A stretch of 64,000 bases of DNA from an uncultured Gammaproteobacteria bacterium. Lineage in GTDB: Bacteria > Patescibacteriota > Patescibacteriia > Patescibacteriales > UBA12465. The stretch is from contig CAYYDR010000002.1 in the NCBI GenBank assembly GCA_964470695.1, positions 136,401 to 200,400 of the forward strand, read 5' to 3'. Positions 35,638 to 44,748 of this stretch are shown piece after piece (position 1 is the first letter of the stretch; each line of letters opens with the position of its first letter). A program made the translations under genes and the position numbers. Under the pieces are notes generated by a model. That model made no database searches and had not been told where the DNA came from. It saw nothing but the letters and a program-made list of their open reading frames with translations.

Positions 35638-38600
35638 ATGATTTTACAAAAAATCATACCCCGCAAGACTTTGATGCTTGCCTGGGTCGTTGGCCTTTTT
35701 ACGGTCGGTTTTTTTATTTTCCAGACCAATCAGATTGCTGAAGCTGTTAACACTTGCGGTTTCAATAGTCTCAAGACGGGCGCGTTCAGCGTTAGCTCCA
35801 ATTGTACTATCAGTTCGCAATTCGGTTCCGGCTTTGAAGGAGTTGATAGCGGCGATTTGACTATAGCCTCAGGAAGACAGATTGTCATTGGCTCGGGATC
35901 GGCCTTAGTCTTAAGTCCGAGCAGCCAGCTTATAATTACCAAGCCCAGCCATCCGTCCGGAGCCATAGTATTTACGGATAGCTCCAGTCAAATTGTTAAA
36001 GGGAGCTTATGCGCCCAGGATGCGGATGCGGACGGTTACGCCGATAAGACTCCTTACTCAGGCCAGGCTGAACCGGTTTTTTTCTACGCTACCGGCAATT
36101 GTCCGACTACCCCAGTTAATTATGTTAAGAAAGGGCTTTTGACTTCTTTAACTCAACTGGATTGTAATAGCGCTTCTGGCGCCACTCAGAAAATAGATTG
36201 CGTTAAGACCCGCGTTAATGGTGAGTGGTCTAACGTTGGGACTTGCGGACAATATACTCCTGGCATCCAGGTAAGAACCAGAACTTGGACGGCGACTGTA
36301 AATACCCAACCAGATTGCGGCGGTACGGCCTGCGGATCTTTATCAGGCACGGAGGATGATTATACTTTAATTTGCGGCACCTGTATTCCAGGCGCAACCC
36401 AGACTAATTATTGCGGCGAAGGAGCCTGTGCTAGCTCACAACTAGTAACTTGCCGAGCCGATGGAACCTGGCCGACCGATTGTACCTCGGGAACCGCTGA
36501 AAATGATGCCTCTTTCTGTTCCCGTTTAGGTAAAAACTGCGGCTCTTTTACGGGCGTGGATAATTGTTTAGCGGCTAGAACGGCTAATTGCGGCTCTTGT
36601 ACTTTACCTCAGACCTGCGGCGGCAGCGGCACGGCTAATGTCTGCAGCTGTTTAGATACTACTTGGACTCCGGCCACTAACGCTATTTGTACTCCAGCGA
36701 CGGGCGGTCCAGCGACTTTTACTCAGACTAGCAACTGCGGTACACAGCGACAGGAAGTTGGGACTCAGGTCTGCTGTTTAACTGGTTATCGCGATTATGA
36801 TAAGGATGGCTATGGTACGGGCGCTTCGGGCTGCTATGTCCCAACCATTACTTATAATATAGTGGCTAATGCTAATGATTGTAATGATAGTGATTCTAAT
36901 ATTTATCCAGGACGCACGGTTACGACTTTCTGCGGCGTGGGCAGCTGCGGCGGCAGCGGGACGGACACCTGCGACGCGACTGGAGGAACTTATACGCATA
37001 CAGTCCCTTGTACGACTAGCGCAGCCGCTTGTTGCGAAGCGAATGGCAGCTATAAGTTAGCCGACACCGGCGTTAATACCTGTCAGAAATGTACTGGTTC
37101 TTCGGCAACGCCAGTTAATCAAACTTCTTCCGAAGACTTATTAAATAATTGTACGAGTGGCGCAGCCGGTAGTGCGACAGCTTGTAAATCAAATAACTGT
37201 TCCGGTACTGGCGACTCTTGCGGTTTTGTTGGAGCAGGAACTTCTTGTCGCGCTTCGGCCGGCGTCTGCGATTCAGCGGAAACTTGTACTGGTTCGGGAT
37301 TTTCTTGTCCGATAGATTCTTTCTTATCAAATTCTACTATTTGTAATACCGGTACTTTTAATACGCCAGCGAGCGGTTTCTGCCAGAGAGTTGCAACTGA
37401 TACTAAATGCAGCGGCAGCGCGGCAGCCTGTAATGGTTCAACTGTTAATAGATATGATAACGCGCCAACAGCCGGTAATGTTTGGAATGGAACAGCCTGG
37501 GCGACGGCTTCAGCCTCGGTTAATTGCGGCTTGAGCGGTTATCTATGCAGTACCCAGCAGATTTATCAAAATTTTTACGGCTGTAATACGAGCGGTACTT
37601 GCGATAATGTTACATCTAGAGGAACTACTAATGGCGCTAATTGCAGCGGCGGTGAAAATGCCCGTTGTGCGGTTGGGTCTGGTTCCTGTTTTAATGGCTG
37701 TTCTAATAGTATTGATGATGATGGCGATGGATATATTGACGCGACTGATCCGGATTGCGGTGCGGTCTGCACCTCTGGCGATTGTTGTAATTTAGCCACC
37801 GGACAATATAAGACAGCCGGTACAGTAATTGGTACTTGTAAGAAATGTACTGGATCTTCTAATACTTCAGTCTTCCAGACTTCTTCGGAAGATTTAGGCG
37901 GTAATTGTATGACTGGCGCGGCCGGTAGCGCCACCGCCTGTCAATCTAATAATTGTTCAGGAACAACTGATTCTTGTGGTTTTGTCGGAGCAGGAACTTC
38001 TTGCCGCGCTTCGGCCGGCGTCTGCGATTCAGCGGAAACTTGTACTGGTTCGGGATTTTCTTGTCCGATAGATTCTTTCTTATCAAATTCTACTATTTGT
38101 AATACCGGTACTTTTAATACGCCAGCGAGCGGTTTCTGCCAGAGAGTCGCAACTGATACTAAATGCAGCGGCAGCGCGGCAGCCTGTAATGGGGCGACAG
38201 CTGATAGATATGATAATGGCTCGGTCGGGCAGGTTTGGAATGGAACGGCCTGGGCAACAGCTTCAGCCTCGGTTAATTGCGGTTTCAGCGGTTACTTATG
38301 CAGCGGCCAGCAGGTTTATAGAAACTATTTTGGTTGTACGGGGGCGGGCGCTTGTAGCGCAACGGTAGCTGGAACAAGCAACGGCGCTTTATGTACGGGA
38401 GTAGAAAGTAATCGTTGCGTGGCCGGCAGTAGTTCTTGTCAAAATAACTGCGGCAATGGTTTAGACGACGATAGCGATGGCTTTACTGATGCTTTAGATA
38501 CAGACTGCGGTGCGGTCTGCACCTCTGGCGATTGTTGTAATTTAGCCACCGGACAATATAAGACAGCCGGTACAGTAATTGGTACTTGTAAGAAATGTAC

Positions 38601-41600
38601 TGGATCTTCTAATACTTCAGTCTTCCAGACTTCTTCGGAAGATTTAGGCGGTAATTGTATGACTGGCGCGGCCGGTAGCGCCACCGCCTGTCAATCTAAT
38701 AATTGTTCAGGAACAACTGATTCTTGTGGTTTTGTCGGAGCAGGAACTTCTTGCCGCGCTTCGGCCGGTGTCTGCGATTCAGCGGAAACTTGTACGGGCT
38801 CAGCCTTTACTTGTCCGATAGATTCTTTCTTATCAAATTCTACTATTTGTGATACGGGTGCTTTTAATAATCCAGCGAGCGGCTCCTGCCAGAGAACAGC
38901 AGTTGATACTAAATGCAGCGGCAGCGCGGCAGCCTGTAATGGTGCTACGGCTAACCGCTATGATAACGGCTCAGCTAACCAGGTTTGGAGCGGCACTTCC
39001 TGGGTAGCCTCCTCAGTTTCTACTAATTGTAATTTAAGCGGTTACTTATGTAGCGGCCAGCAGATTTATAGAAGTTACTATGGTTGCGATGGCAGCGGCT
39101 CTTGCAGTGGGACAGCGGCGGGTACTAGTAATGGGACTTTATGCAGCGGAGAAGGCACCACTAATAAATGCATCGCCGGGAATGCTACTTGCCAGACTAA
39201 TTGTGCTGATGGTTTAGATAATGATGGCGATGGCTATACGGATACTCAGGATGCCGGTTGCGGCGGGTCAGAACAATGTACATCAGGCGATTGTTGTAAT
39301 ACTACTACCGGAGCTTTTAAGGCGATTAATACAGTAATTGGTACTTGCAAGAAATGCACTGGTTCTTCGGCCACTTCTGTAAATCAGACATCATCTGAAG
39401 ATTTAGGTAATAATTGCTCATCGGTCAACGGAGCTTGCCAGCTAGGTAATTGCTCAGGTTCTGGCGATTACTGCGGTTATGTCGGAGCGGGAACAACCTG
39501 TCGCGCCTCAGCCGGGGTTTGTGATGCTGCAGAGACTTGTACTGGTTCTGGTTACTCCTGTCCTATAGACTCTAAATACTCTACTTCTTATGTCTGCTCC
39601 TCTGGCTCATTTAATAGTCCGGCCTCTGGTTCCTGCCAGAGAACAGCGACTGACCAATATTGTAATGGGACTGCCGATACTTGTACCGGTACTACGGGAA
39701 CTCGTTATGACAACGGATCTACTAACCAGGTTTGGAACGGCAGCGCTTGGGCCGCCGCTTCGGCGTCAGTTAATTGTAATATGAGCGGCTACTTATGTAG
39801 CGGCCAGCAGATATATAGAAATTATTATGGCTGTAATGGCAGCGGCTCCTGCAGCGGGACAGCGGCCGGGACGAGCAATGGATCTTTATGTAGCGGGGAA
39901 GGAACAGCTAACAAATGTGTCGCTGGTAATAGCACCTGTCAATCTAATTGTACTGACAGTTTAGATAATGACGGCGACGGTTATACTGATGCTTTAGATA
40001 CAGATTGCGGAGCGGTTTGTACTTGGGGTGATTGCTGTAATACCGCCACTGGTCAGTATAAAGCGGCTAATACGGTAATAGGCACTTGTATGAAATGTAC
40101 AGGTTCTTCTAATACTTCAGTTGCCCAGACTTCCAGTCAAGACTTAGGCGGTAATTGTTCAACTGGTGCGGCCGGTAGCGCTACTTCCTGCCAATCAAAT
40201 AACTGCTCAGGCTCGGGCGATTCTTGCGGCGCTTTAGCCTCGGGAACGACCTGTCGCGCTTTAGGTGGTCCATGCGACGTTACCCCAGAGACTTGTAATG
40301 GCTCGTCATATTCTTGCCCGGCGGATAGTTTTCAGAATACCAGTTATGTCTGTAGCACAGGATCTTGTTCAGCTCCTGCCTCTGGAGCTTGTTCTAGCAC
40401 AGCGACTGACCAATATTGTAGCGGTTCATCGCCCCTATGTAATGGGGCGTCAGTGCCTCGGAATTGTAATGCTCCTTCCGGCCAAGTCGGTAACGGGAGC
40501 ACCTGGGTAGCGGCCTCGGCGTCAGTTAATTGTAATATGAGCGGCTACTTATGTAGCGGCCAGCAGATATATAGAAATTATTATGGCTGTAATGGCAGCG
40601 GCTCCTGCAGCGGGACAGCGGCAGGGACAAGTAATGGATCTTTATGTAGTGGGGGGGAGAATAGTCGTTGTGTCGCTGGACAGTCTTCTTGCCAGAGCTT
40701 TTGTTCTGGTGGAGCAGATGAAGACGGTGATGGATATATTGATGGCCAAGATACTAATTGTGGAGGCTATGGACAGTGTACATCAGGTGATTGCTGTAAT
40801 ACCGCTACTGGTGCTTATAAGCCAGCCGGTTGTTTGTCTGGTTGTCTAAAATGTACTGGGAATTCAACCACTTCCGTTGTTCAGGGAGCAGGAGAAGATT
40901 TATGTAATTATTGTCCAGAGTCTCCAGCCGGGCCGTGTGAGGCCACTACCTGTGACGGGACTTATAATTTCTGCGGCGCTTTGTCTAATAGCACGACCTG
41001 TCGCGCTTCAGCGGGAGTTTGCGATCCAGCAGAAAAATGCACCGGCGGTTCAGGGAGTCATGATTGCCCGGTTGATTCTTACTACGGTAACACAGTAGTA
41101 TGTTCTACTGGTTCCTTCAATTCCCCCGCCGCTGGTTCTTGCCAGAGAACAGCGACTGATCAAAAATGTTCTGGTAGCTCCGCGGCTTGTAACGGCGCGA
41201 CGGTTAATCGCTATGAGAACGCGCCTGTAGCTTCCCTAGTTTGGAATGGTAGTGCCTGGAATAATGTTACATCATCAAACTATTGCGGCACTAGTGCCTG
41301 GGCTTGCAGCGGCAAACAGAATTATTATAGTTTTTACGGATGTAATACGAGCGGCTCCTGCAATACTTCTTCATCGGCCGGGACAGTGAATGGAACTCTA
41401 TGCGATGCTTGCCAGAATTGTACCACGCCTAATAGCTGCACAACCATTCAATATACCGGTTATAGGGATTATGATAAGGATAGCTATGGCACTCCAGGCT
41501 ATGGGACATACTATTGCAGTTCTGGTTATGATGTGGTGGCTAACGGCAATGACTGTAATGATAGTAACGCTTTAGTAACCACCCCGACCTTTACGGATGA

Positions 41601-41868
41601 CTTTACTTTCTGTCGTTGTCAGAATCTATGTGGTGGAACACAATGGACACAGTATGATTTTAGTTGCACACCGACACAGACCAAAGTTACTACTTGTAGT
41701 TATGGCTGCCCTAGTGGTTATATCACTAATTGCTGGGTGCCTAGATTACAAGGAGCTACCTTTTCTGGCGCTTGTTCAGGGGGGAGTTGTGTTATGGGGG
41801 CAACTGAGAATTTAGGAGATTGTAGTACTAATTATTGTTGGGGAACCTCTGGTTGGATGGAACCATAA
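35638..41868 (+). CDS. Giant cysteine-rich secreted protein (2076 aa) with six ~250-aa disintegrin-like / DxDxDG tandem modules
   Basis: Continuous ORF with an N-terminal TM/signal. It contains repeated GDCCNxATGxYKxAGTVIGTCKKC, SCRASAGVCDxAExCxGxxxxCPxDS and LDxDGDGYxDxxDxDCG, and is flanked by GYRDYDKDGYG...NDCNDSxxxxxPG motifs. Confidence 0.9.
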   Translation: MILQKIIPRKTLMLAWVVGLFTVGFFIFQTNQIAEAVNTCGFNSLKTGAFSVSSNCTISSQFGSGFEGVDSGDLTIASGRQIVIGSGSALVLSPSSQLIITKPSHPSGAIVFTDSSSQIVKGSLCAQDADADGYADKTPYSGQAEPVFFYATGNCPTTPVNYVKKGLLTSLTQLDCNSASGATQKIDCVKTRVNGEWSNVGTCGQYTPGIQVRTRTWTATVNTQPDCGGTACGSLSGTEDDYTLICGTCIPGATQTNYCGEGACASSQLVTCRADGTWPTDCTSGTAENDASFCSRLGKNCGSFTGVDNCLAARTANCGSCTLPQTCGGSGTANVCSCLDTTWTPATNAICTPATGGPATFTQTSNCGTQRQEVGTQVCCLTGYRDYDKDGYGTGASGCYVPTITYNIVANANDCNDSDSNIYPGRTVTTFCGVGSCGGSGTDTCDATGGTYTHTVPCTTSAAACCEANGSYKLADTGVNTCQKCTGSSATPVNQTSSEDLLNNCTSGAAGSATACKSNNCSGTGDSCGFVGAGTSCRASAGVCDSAETCTGSGFSCPIDSFLSNSTICNTGTFNTPASGFCQRVATDTKCSGSAAACNGSTVNRYDNAPTAGNVWNGTAWATASASVNCGLSGYLCSTQQIYQNFYGCNTSGTCDNVTSRGTTNGANCSGGENARCAVGSGSCFNGCSNSIDDDGDGYIDATDPDCGAVCTSGDCCNLATGQYKTAGTVIGTCKKCTGSSNTSVFQTSSEDLGGNCMTGAAGSATACQSNNCSGTTDSCGFVGAGTSCRASAGVCDSAETCTGSGFSCPIDSFLSNSTICNTGTFNTPASGFCQRVATDTKCSGSAAACNGATADRYDNGSVGQVWNGTAWATASASVNCGFSGYLCSGQQVYRNYFGCTGAGACSATVAGTSNGALCTGVESNRCVAGSSSCQNNCGNGLDDDSDGFTDALDTDCGAVCTSGDCCNLATGQYKTAGTVIGTCKKCTGSSNTSVFQTSSEDLGGNCMTGAAGSATACQSNNCSGTTDSCGFVGAGTSCRASAGVCDSAETCTGSAFTCPIDSFLSNSTICDTGAFNNPASGSCQRTAVDTKCSGSAAACNGATANRYDNGSANQVWSGTSWVASSVSTNCNLSGYLCSGQQIYRSYYGCDGSGSCSGTAAGTSNGTLCSGEGTTNKCIAGNATCQTNCADGLDNDGDGYTDTQDAGCGGSEQCTSGDCCNTTTGAFKAINTVIGTCKKCTGSSATSVNQTSSEDLGNNCSSVNGACQLGNCSGSGDYCGYVGAGTTCRASAGVCDAAETCTGSGYSCPIDSKYSTSYVCSSGSFNSPASGSCQRTATDQYCNGTADTCTGTTGTRYDNGSTNQVWNGSAWAAASASVNCNMSGYLCSGQQIYRNYYGCNGSGSCSGTAAGTSNGSLCSGEGTANKCVAGNSTCQSNCTDSLDNDGDGYTDALDTDCGAVCTWGDCCNTATGQYKAANTVIGTCMKCTGSSNTSVAQTSSQDLGGNCSTGAAGSATSCQSNNCSGSGDSCGALASGTTCRALGGPCDVTPETCNGSSYSCPADSFQNTSYVCSTGSCSAPASGACSSTATDQYCSGSSPLCNGASVPRNCNAPSGQVGNGSTWVAASASVNCNMSGYLCSGQQIYRNYYGCNGSGSCSGTAAGTSNGSLCSGGENSRCVAGQSSCQSFCSGGADEDGDGYIDGQDTNCGGYGQCTSGDCCNTATGAYKPAGCLSGCLKCTGNSTTSVVQGAGEDLCNYCPESPAGPCEATTCDGTYNFCGALSNSTTCRASAGVCDPAEKCTGGSGSHDCPVDSYYGNTVVCSTGSFNSPAAGSCQRTATDQKCSGSSAACNGATVNRYENAPVASLVWNGSAWNNVTSSNYCGTSAWACSGKQNYYSFYGCNTSGSCNTSSSAGTVNGTLCDACQNCTTPNSCTTIQYTGYRDYDKDSYGTPGYGTYYCSSGYDVVANGNDCNDSNALVTTPTFTDDFTFCRCQNLCGGTQWTQYDFSCTPTQTKVTTCSYGCPSGYITNCWVPRLQGATFSGACSGGSCVMGATENLGDCSTNYCWGTSGWMEP
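37030..41460 (+). repeat. Six in-frame tandem repeats, period 741-759 bp, inside the Cys-rich gene
   Basis: The CC dipeptide codons of each module start at 37030, 37783, 38533, 39292, 40033 and 40792. 37756-38018 matches 38506-38768 with no mismatch seen. Confidence 0.9.
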
Positions 41869-41900
41869 AAATAGCTAATATTAAATTAAAATTAATCATA

Positions 41901-41928
41901 AAAAACCACCTTGAATAGGTGGTTTTTT
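41901..41928 (+). terminator. Intrinsic terminator after the Cys-rich gene
   Basis: aaaAACCACCTtgaatAGGTGGTTtttt. Confidence 0.7.
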
Positions 41929-41967
41929 ACTTATTTTTTACGCTATTGACAAATATTGGGAAATATA

Positions 41968-41996
41968 TTGACAAAATGGTAAATATATAGTATAAT
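41968..41996 (+). promoter_or_regulatory. Perfect-consensus sigma70 promoter upstream of the peptidase gene
   Basis: TTGACA-N17-TATAAT (41968-41973 and 41991-41996). A second TTGACA lies 22 nt upstream. Confidence 0.6.
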
Positions 41997-42112
41997 ATAA
42001 GCACATAATATTCAAGTCTGTAAATTAGAGGACAGAGTATCCGCCCTTTAAAAATTGAAGAAAAAAAAGAAATTAATGAATAAAAATAAAATAATCCTTG
42101 AAGGAGGACAAA

Positions 42113-44080
42113 ATGAAAAGATTAGTATTTATCTTGTTGTTTATCTTCACTCTTGCCCCTATAGTACTAGGGCAAAGTCGTCCGTCTTCAGTTGATCACT
42201 CAGCTAAGTTTGGACCAGCCATAACTCAGTATGGTAATGGCTGCCAAGTTTTTTCTCTAGCTTATTTAAAGTCCTATATTTGGAATGATAAGCTAGGCAG
42301 AAATCCGATGTTGCCGGAGAATCAATTTTCCGGATACGCCCTATGGAATCAAACAATTAATACCCTTCAGCACTATGCAATCGCCGAAAATGCATTTGAA
42401 ATGATGCTAAACCAAGGCGCTGTGACAGCTGATAAATTCTCTCAGCCAGATCATATGGAAACGTTACCTAGCTTAGAGGCTAGGGAAAACGGATTAAAAT
42501 ATCGTTCGGCGGAGTTATTAAGATTGTTTTCCAATGACTACATTGGTAGAGTTAATGTTTTCTTAGAGCAACTACAAGATTCTCTTAAAGATGGAAAATG
42601 TTTTATTCTTGGTTTTCCTATATTTAACTATATCAATAGTCTCTATAACAAAACTGATGCAATGTACAGTTGCCAGCAGGGAATATCGTCCGACAGCTTA
42701 TTAGCTAGTCATGCCGCTGTTGTAGTCGGCTATGATAATAATAAGAGAGCTTTTAAGTTATTGAATTCCTGGGGTTCTAATTTTGGAGATAATGGCTATT
42801 TTTTCCTTTCATATGACTGGTTTACGAATGCCAGTTGGTGGAATTTTAGTTGTTATTTTCTGAAAGAAGATTTTAATCATAATCCAGACTTAAGTTTGAA
42901 TTTGCTGGTCAGCAATATGGTAACTGGTGAAGATATTATTGGTAGAAAAAATATCTTTGTAGATACGGTTTACAGTTATTGGGGGATGCGGTTTGATTAT
43001 CAATTTCTAGATTATTTTAATTATAATAGATTAATTAAAATTAAAAAAATTAATAATCAGGCAGTCCCGTCTAGCAAATTAGGCGATAATACTACTGTTA
43101 ATAAGAATAATGTTGTTTTCCTGCCTAATCATAATCACGATGGTAATCGTCAATTATTGGTTGATTTGAATCAGTATGTAAAAGCTAGCGATTTTAAGTC
43201 CCTGGAAATTCTTATCCAGGATCCGGTTTCCGCTACTTATACTGGCGATAATGGGAATATCCTCTATTCCTACATCCGCGAAGCTAAGGCAAATGTGGTT
43301 GAATCGTATGTAAAGTTCCTCGGCACCAATAAGCGCATCGTGGGTAAGGTAACTAGCTTGCCCGATACTACTATCATTGCCCTGGACTTTGATTCATATC
43401 CTGTCGGTTTTCATCAGAATCCTCCGATAGACCCTGTTCATGTCGCTAAATGCGTATCGGTAATTAAACGTCATTTGGTCACCTTCCGCATTGAAGACAT
43501 CAGCGTTTATAATGCTCCTCCAGTATATACCAATATACCAAAGGATACATTGAAAGCAGAGGCTGGAAGCGTAATAGAGTATAAATTTGAAGCCGCCGAT
43601 CCTGACGGTGATCAATTAAGATATTCTTTAGCGCAGCCAGAAGTTGGCGCTACCATTGATTCGGCTACTGGCTTGTTCAAATTTCATTCTGATCAACCAG
43701 TCAAGAAACAGCTAAAAGTTGTTGTAACTGATGGTTACAATAATGTCATTAGTGAGTTTGCCGTTGAAATGTTCACAACAGTTGGCGTTGAAGATGAAAT
43801 TGGCTTACCTAAAGAATATTCTCTAGGCCAAAATTATCCTAACCCATTTAACCCCGCTACGGTAATTAACTTCTCCTTACCGAGAAGCGGATTTGTTACA
43901 TTAAAAGTTTATAACCTCCTAGGTCAGGAAGTTGCAGTTCTGATTAACGGGGAATTAAACGCTGGCGTGCACAACACTAAGTTTGACGCCGGTCAGTTAA
44001 GATTAGCTAGTGGTATATATATCTACTCGTTACATACGAGAGAATACACTGCTACCAAAAAAATGGTACTTACGAAATAG
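42113..44080 (+). CDS. Papain-like (C1) cysteine peptidase with a cadherin/Ig-like domain and a T9SS-type C-terminal sorting domain
   Basis: ATG at 42113 is preceded by the SD aaggagga. Signal peptide MKRLVFILLFIFTLAPIVLG. Catalytic regions QYGNGCQVFSLAYL and HAAVVVGYD...LLNSWGSNFGDNGYFFLSYDW. Also YKFEAADPDGDQLRYSL. The C-terminus, QNYPNPFNPATVINFSLP...LKVYNLLGQEVAVL...ASGIYIYSL...KKMVLTK, fits the Por/T9SS CTD pattern. Confidence 0.8.
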   Translation: MKRLVFILLFIFTLAPIVLGQSRPSSVDHSAKFGPAITQYGNGCQVFSLAYLKSYIWNDKLGRNPMLPENQFSGYALWNQTINTLQHYAIAENAFEMMLNQGAVTADKFSQPDHMETLPSLEARENGLKYRSAELLRLFSNDYIGRVNVFLEQLQDSLKDGKCFILGFPIFNYINSLYNKTDAMYSCQQGISSDSLLASHAAVVVGYDNNKRAFKLLNSWGSNFGDNGYFFLSYDWFTNASWWNFSCYFLKEDFNHNPDLSLNLLVSNMVTGEDIIGRKNIFVDTVYSYWGMRFDYQFLDYFNYNRLIKIKKINNQAVPSSKLGDNTTVNKNNVVFLPNHNHDGNRQLLVDLNQYVKASDFKSLEILIQDPVSATYTGDNGNILYSYIREAKANVVESYVKFLGTNKRIVGKVTSLPDTTIIALDFDSYPVGFHQNPPIDPVHVAKCVSVIKRHLVTFRIEDISVYNAPPVYTNIPKDTLKAEAGSVIEYKFEAADPDGDQLRYSLAQPEVGATIDSATGLFKFHSDQPVKKQLKVVVTDGYNNVISEFAVEMFTTVGVEDEIGLPKEYSLGQNYPNPFNPATVINFSLPRSGFVTLKVYNLLGQEVAVLINGELNAGVHNTKFDAGQLRLASGIYIYSLHTREYTATKKMVLTK

Positions 44081-44117
44081 GCTCACTACTCCCATTTTGT
44101 AATGTAGCTCCCTAAGA

Positions 44118-44150
44118 CAACCCCGTTTGTTCACACGACGGGGTTTTTTA
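44118..44150 (+). terminator. Intrinsic terminator after the peptidase gene
   Basis: cAACCCCGTttgttcacacgACGGGGTTtttta. Confidence 0.7.
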
Positions 44151-44252
44151 TTTGGGAAAATGTATTTTCATTCTCAAATTTGCCCGGATATGCTATTATA
44201 TTAATATCTAAATTTAGTTAATTTTTTAAAAAGAAACTAAGCTTTTTATTTT

Positions 44253-44735
44253 ATGGACAAGAAAATATTAGGCAAATATTTATTAGCTGGCTTGATTCTG
44301 CTGCTTATCGGCTATGGCTTAGGACTAGTTTATGTAAATTCTGGCCTAAGCGCTAAGAGCAAAAATTCGCAAAATTTAACTACCAATGTCCCCGGTTTTG
44401 ATAAAGAGGGGAAGGTAATTGTTTATCCGACCGTTAATATAATTTCCGCTCTTATTCGGGAGAATCGGGTTGGCCAAAATTTAATTATTGTGGAAATTGC
44501 CAGCTCTACGCCGAACTTAGCTGGGACACCGCTCGTCCGCTGGGTAACGGTTAATTCGGAAACGGTCTTAAATAAAGCAGTCCAAAAAACTAGTGGAGTA
44601 GAACTGGAAAAAATTAAACAGGTTGATTTAAAATCCGGCGATAAAATTACTGTTGATGCCAGTCCGAGCAATATTCGTACGGCTAAGGAATTCGTGGCTA
44701 CTTCCATTACCCTAGATTTGGCGGCTTTAAAGTAA
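44253..44735 (+). CDS. Small membrane-anchored protein, first gene of the pseudopilin operon
   Basis: 160 aa with an N-terminal TM (YLLAGLILLLIGYGLGLVYV). 13 nt before the next gene. The antisense ORF 44423..44788 is discounted. Confidence 0.5.
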   Translation: MDKKILGKYLLAGLILLLIGYGLGLVYVNSGLSAKSKNSQNLTTNVPGFDKEGKVIVYPTVNIISALIRENRVGQNLIIVEIASSTPNLAGTPLVRWVTVNSETVLNKAVQKTSGVELEKIKQVDLKSGDKITVDASPSNIRTAKEFVATSITLDLAALK

Positions 44736-44748
44736 GTATTAAAATCAA

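Noticed and set aside
36778-41815. Short ORFs in alternative frames or strands of the Cys-rich gene, including the identical pair 37575..37934(-) and 38439..38684(-).
   Set aside because: They are artefacts of the tandem 750-bp repeats. Their identity mirrors the 263-bp identical sense segments.
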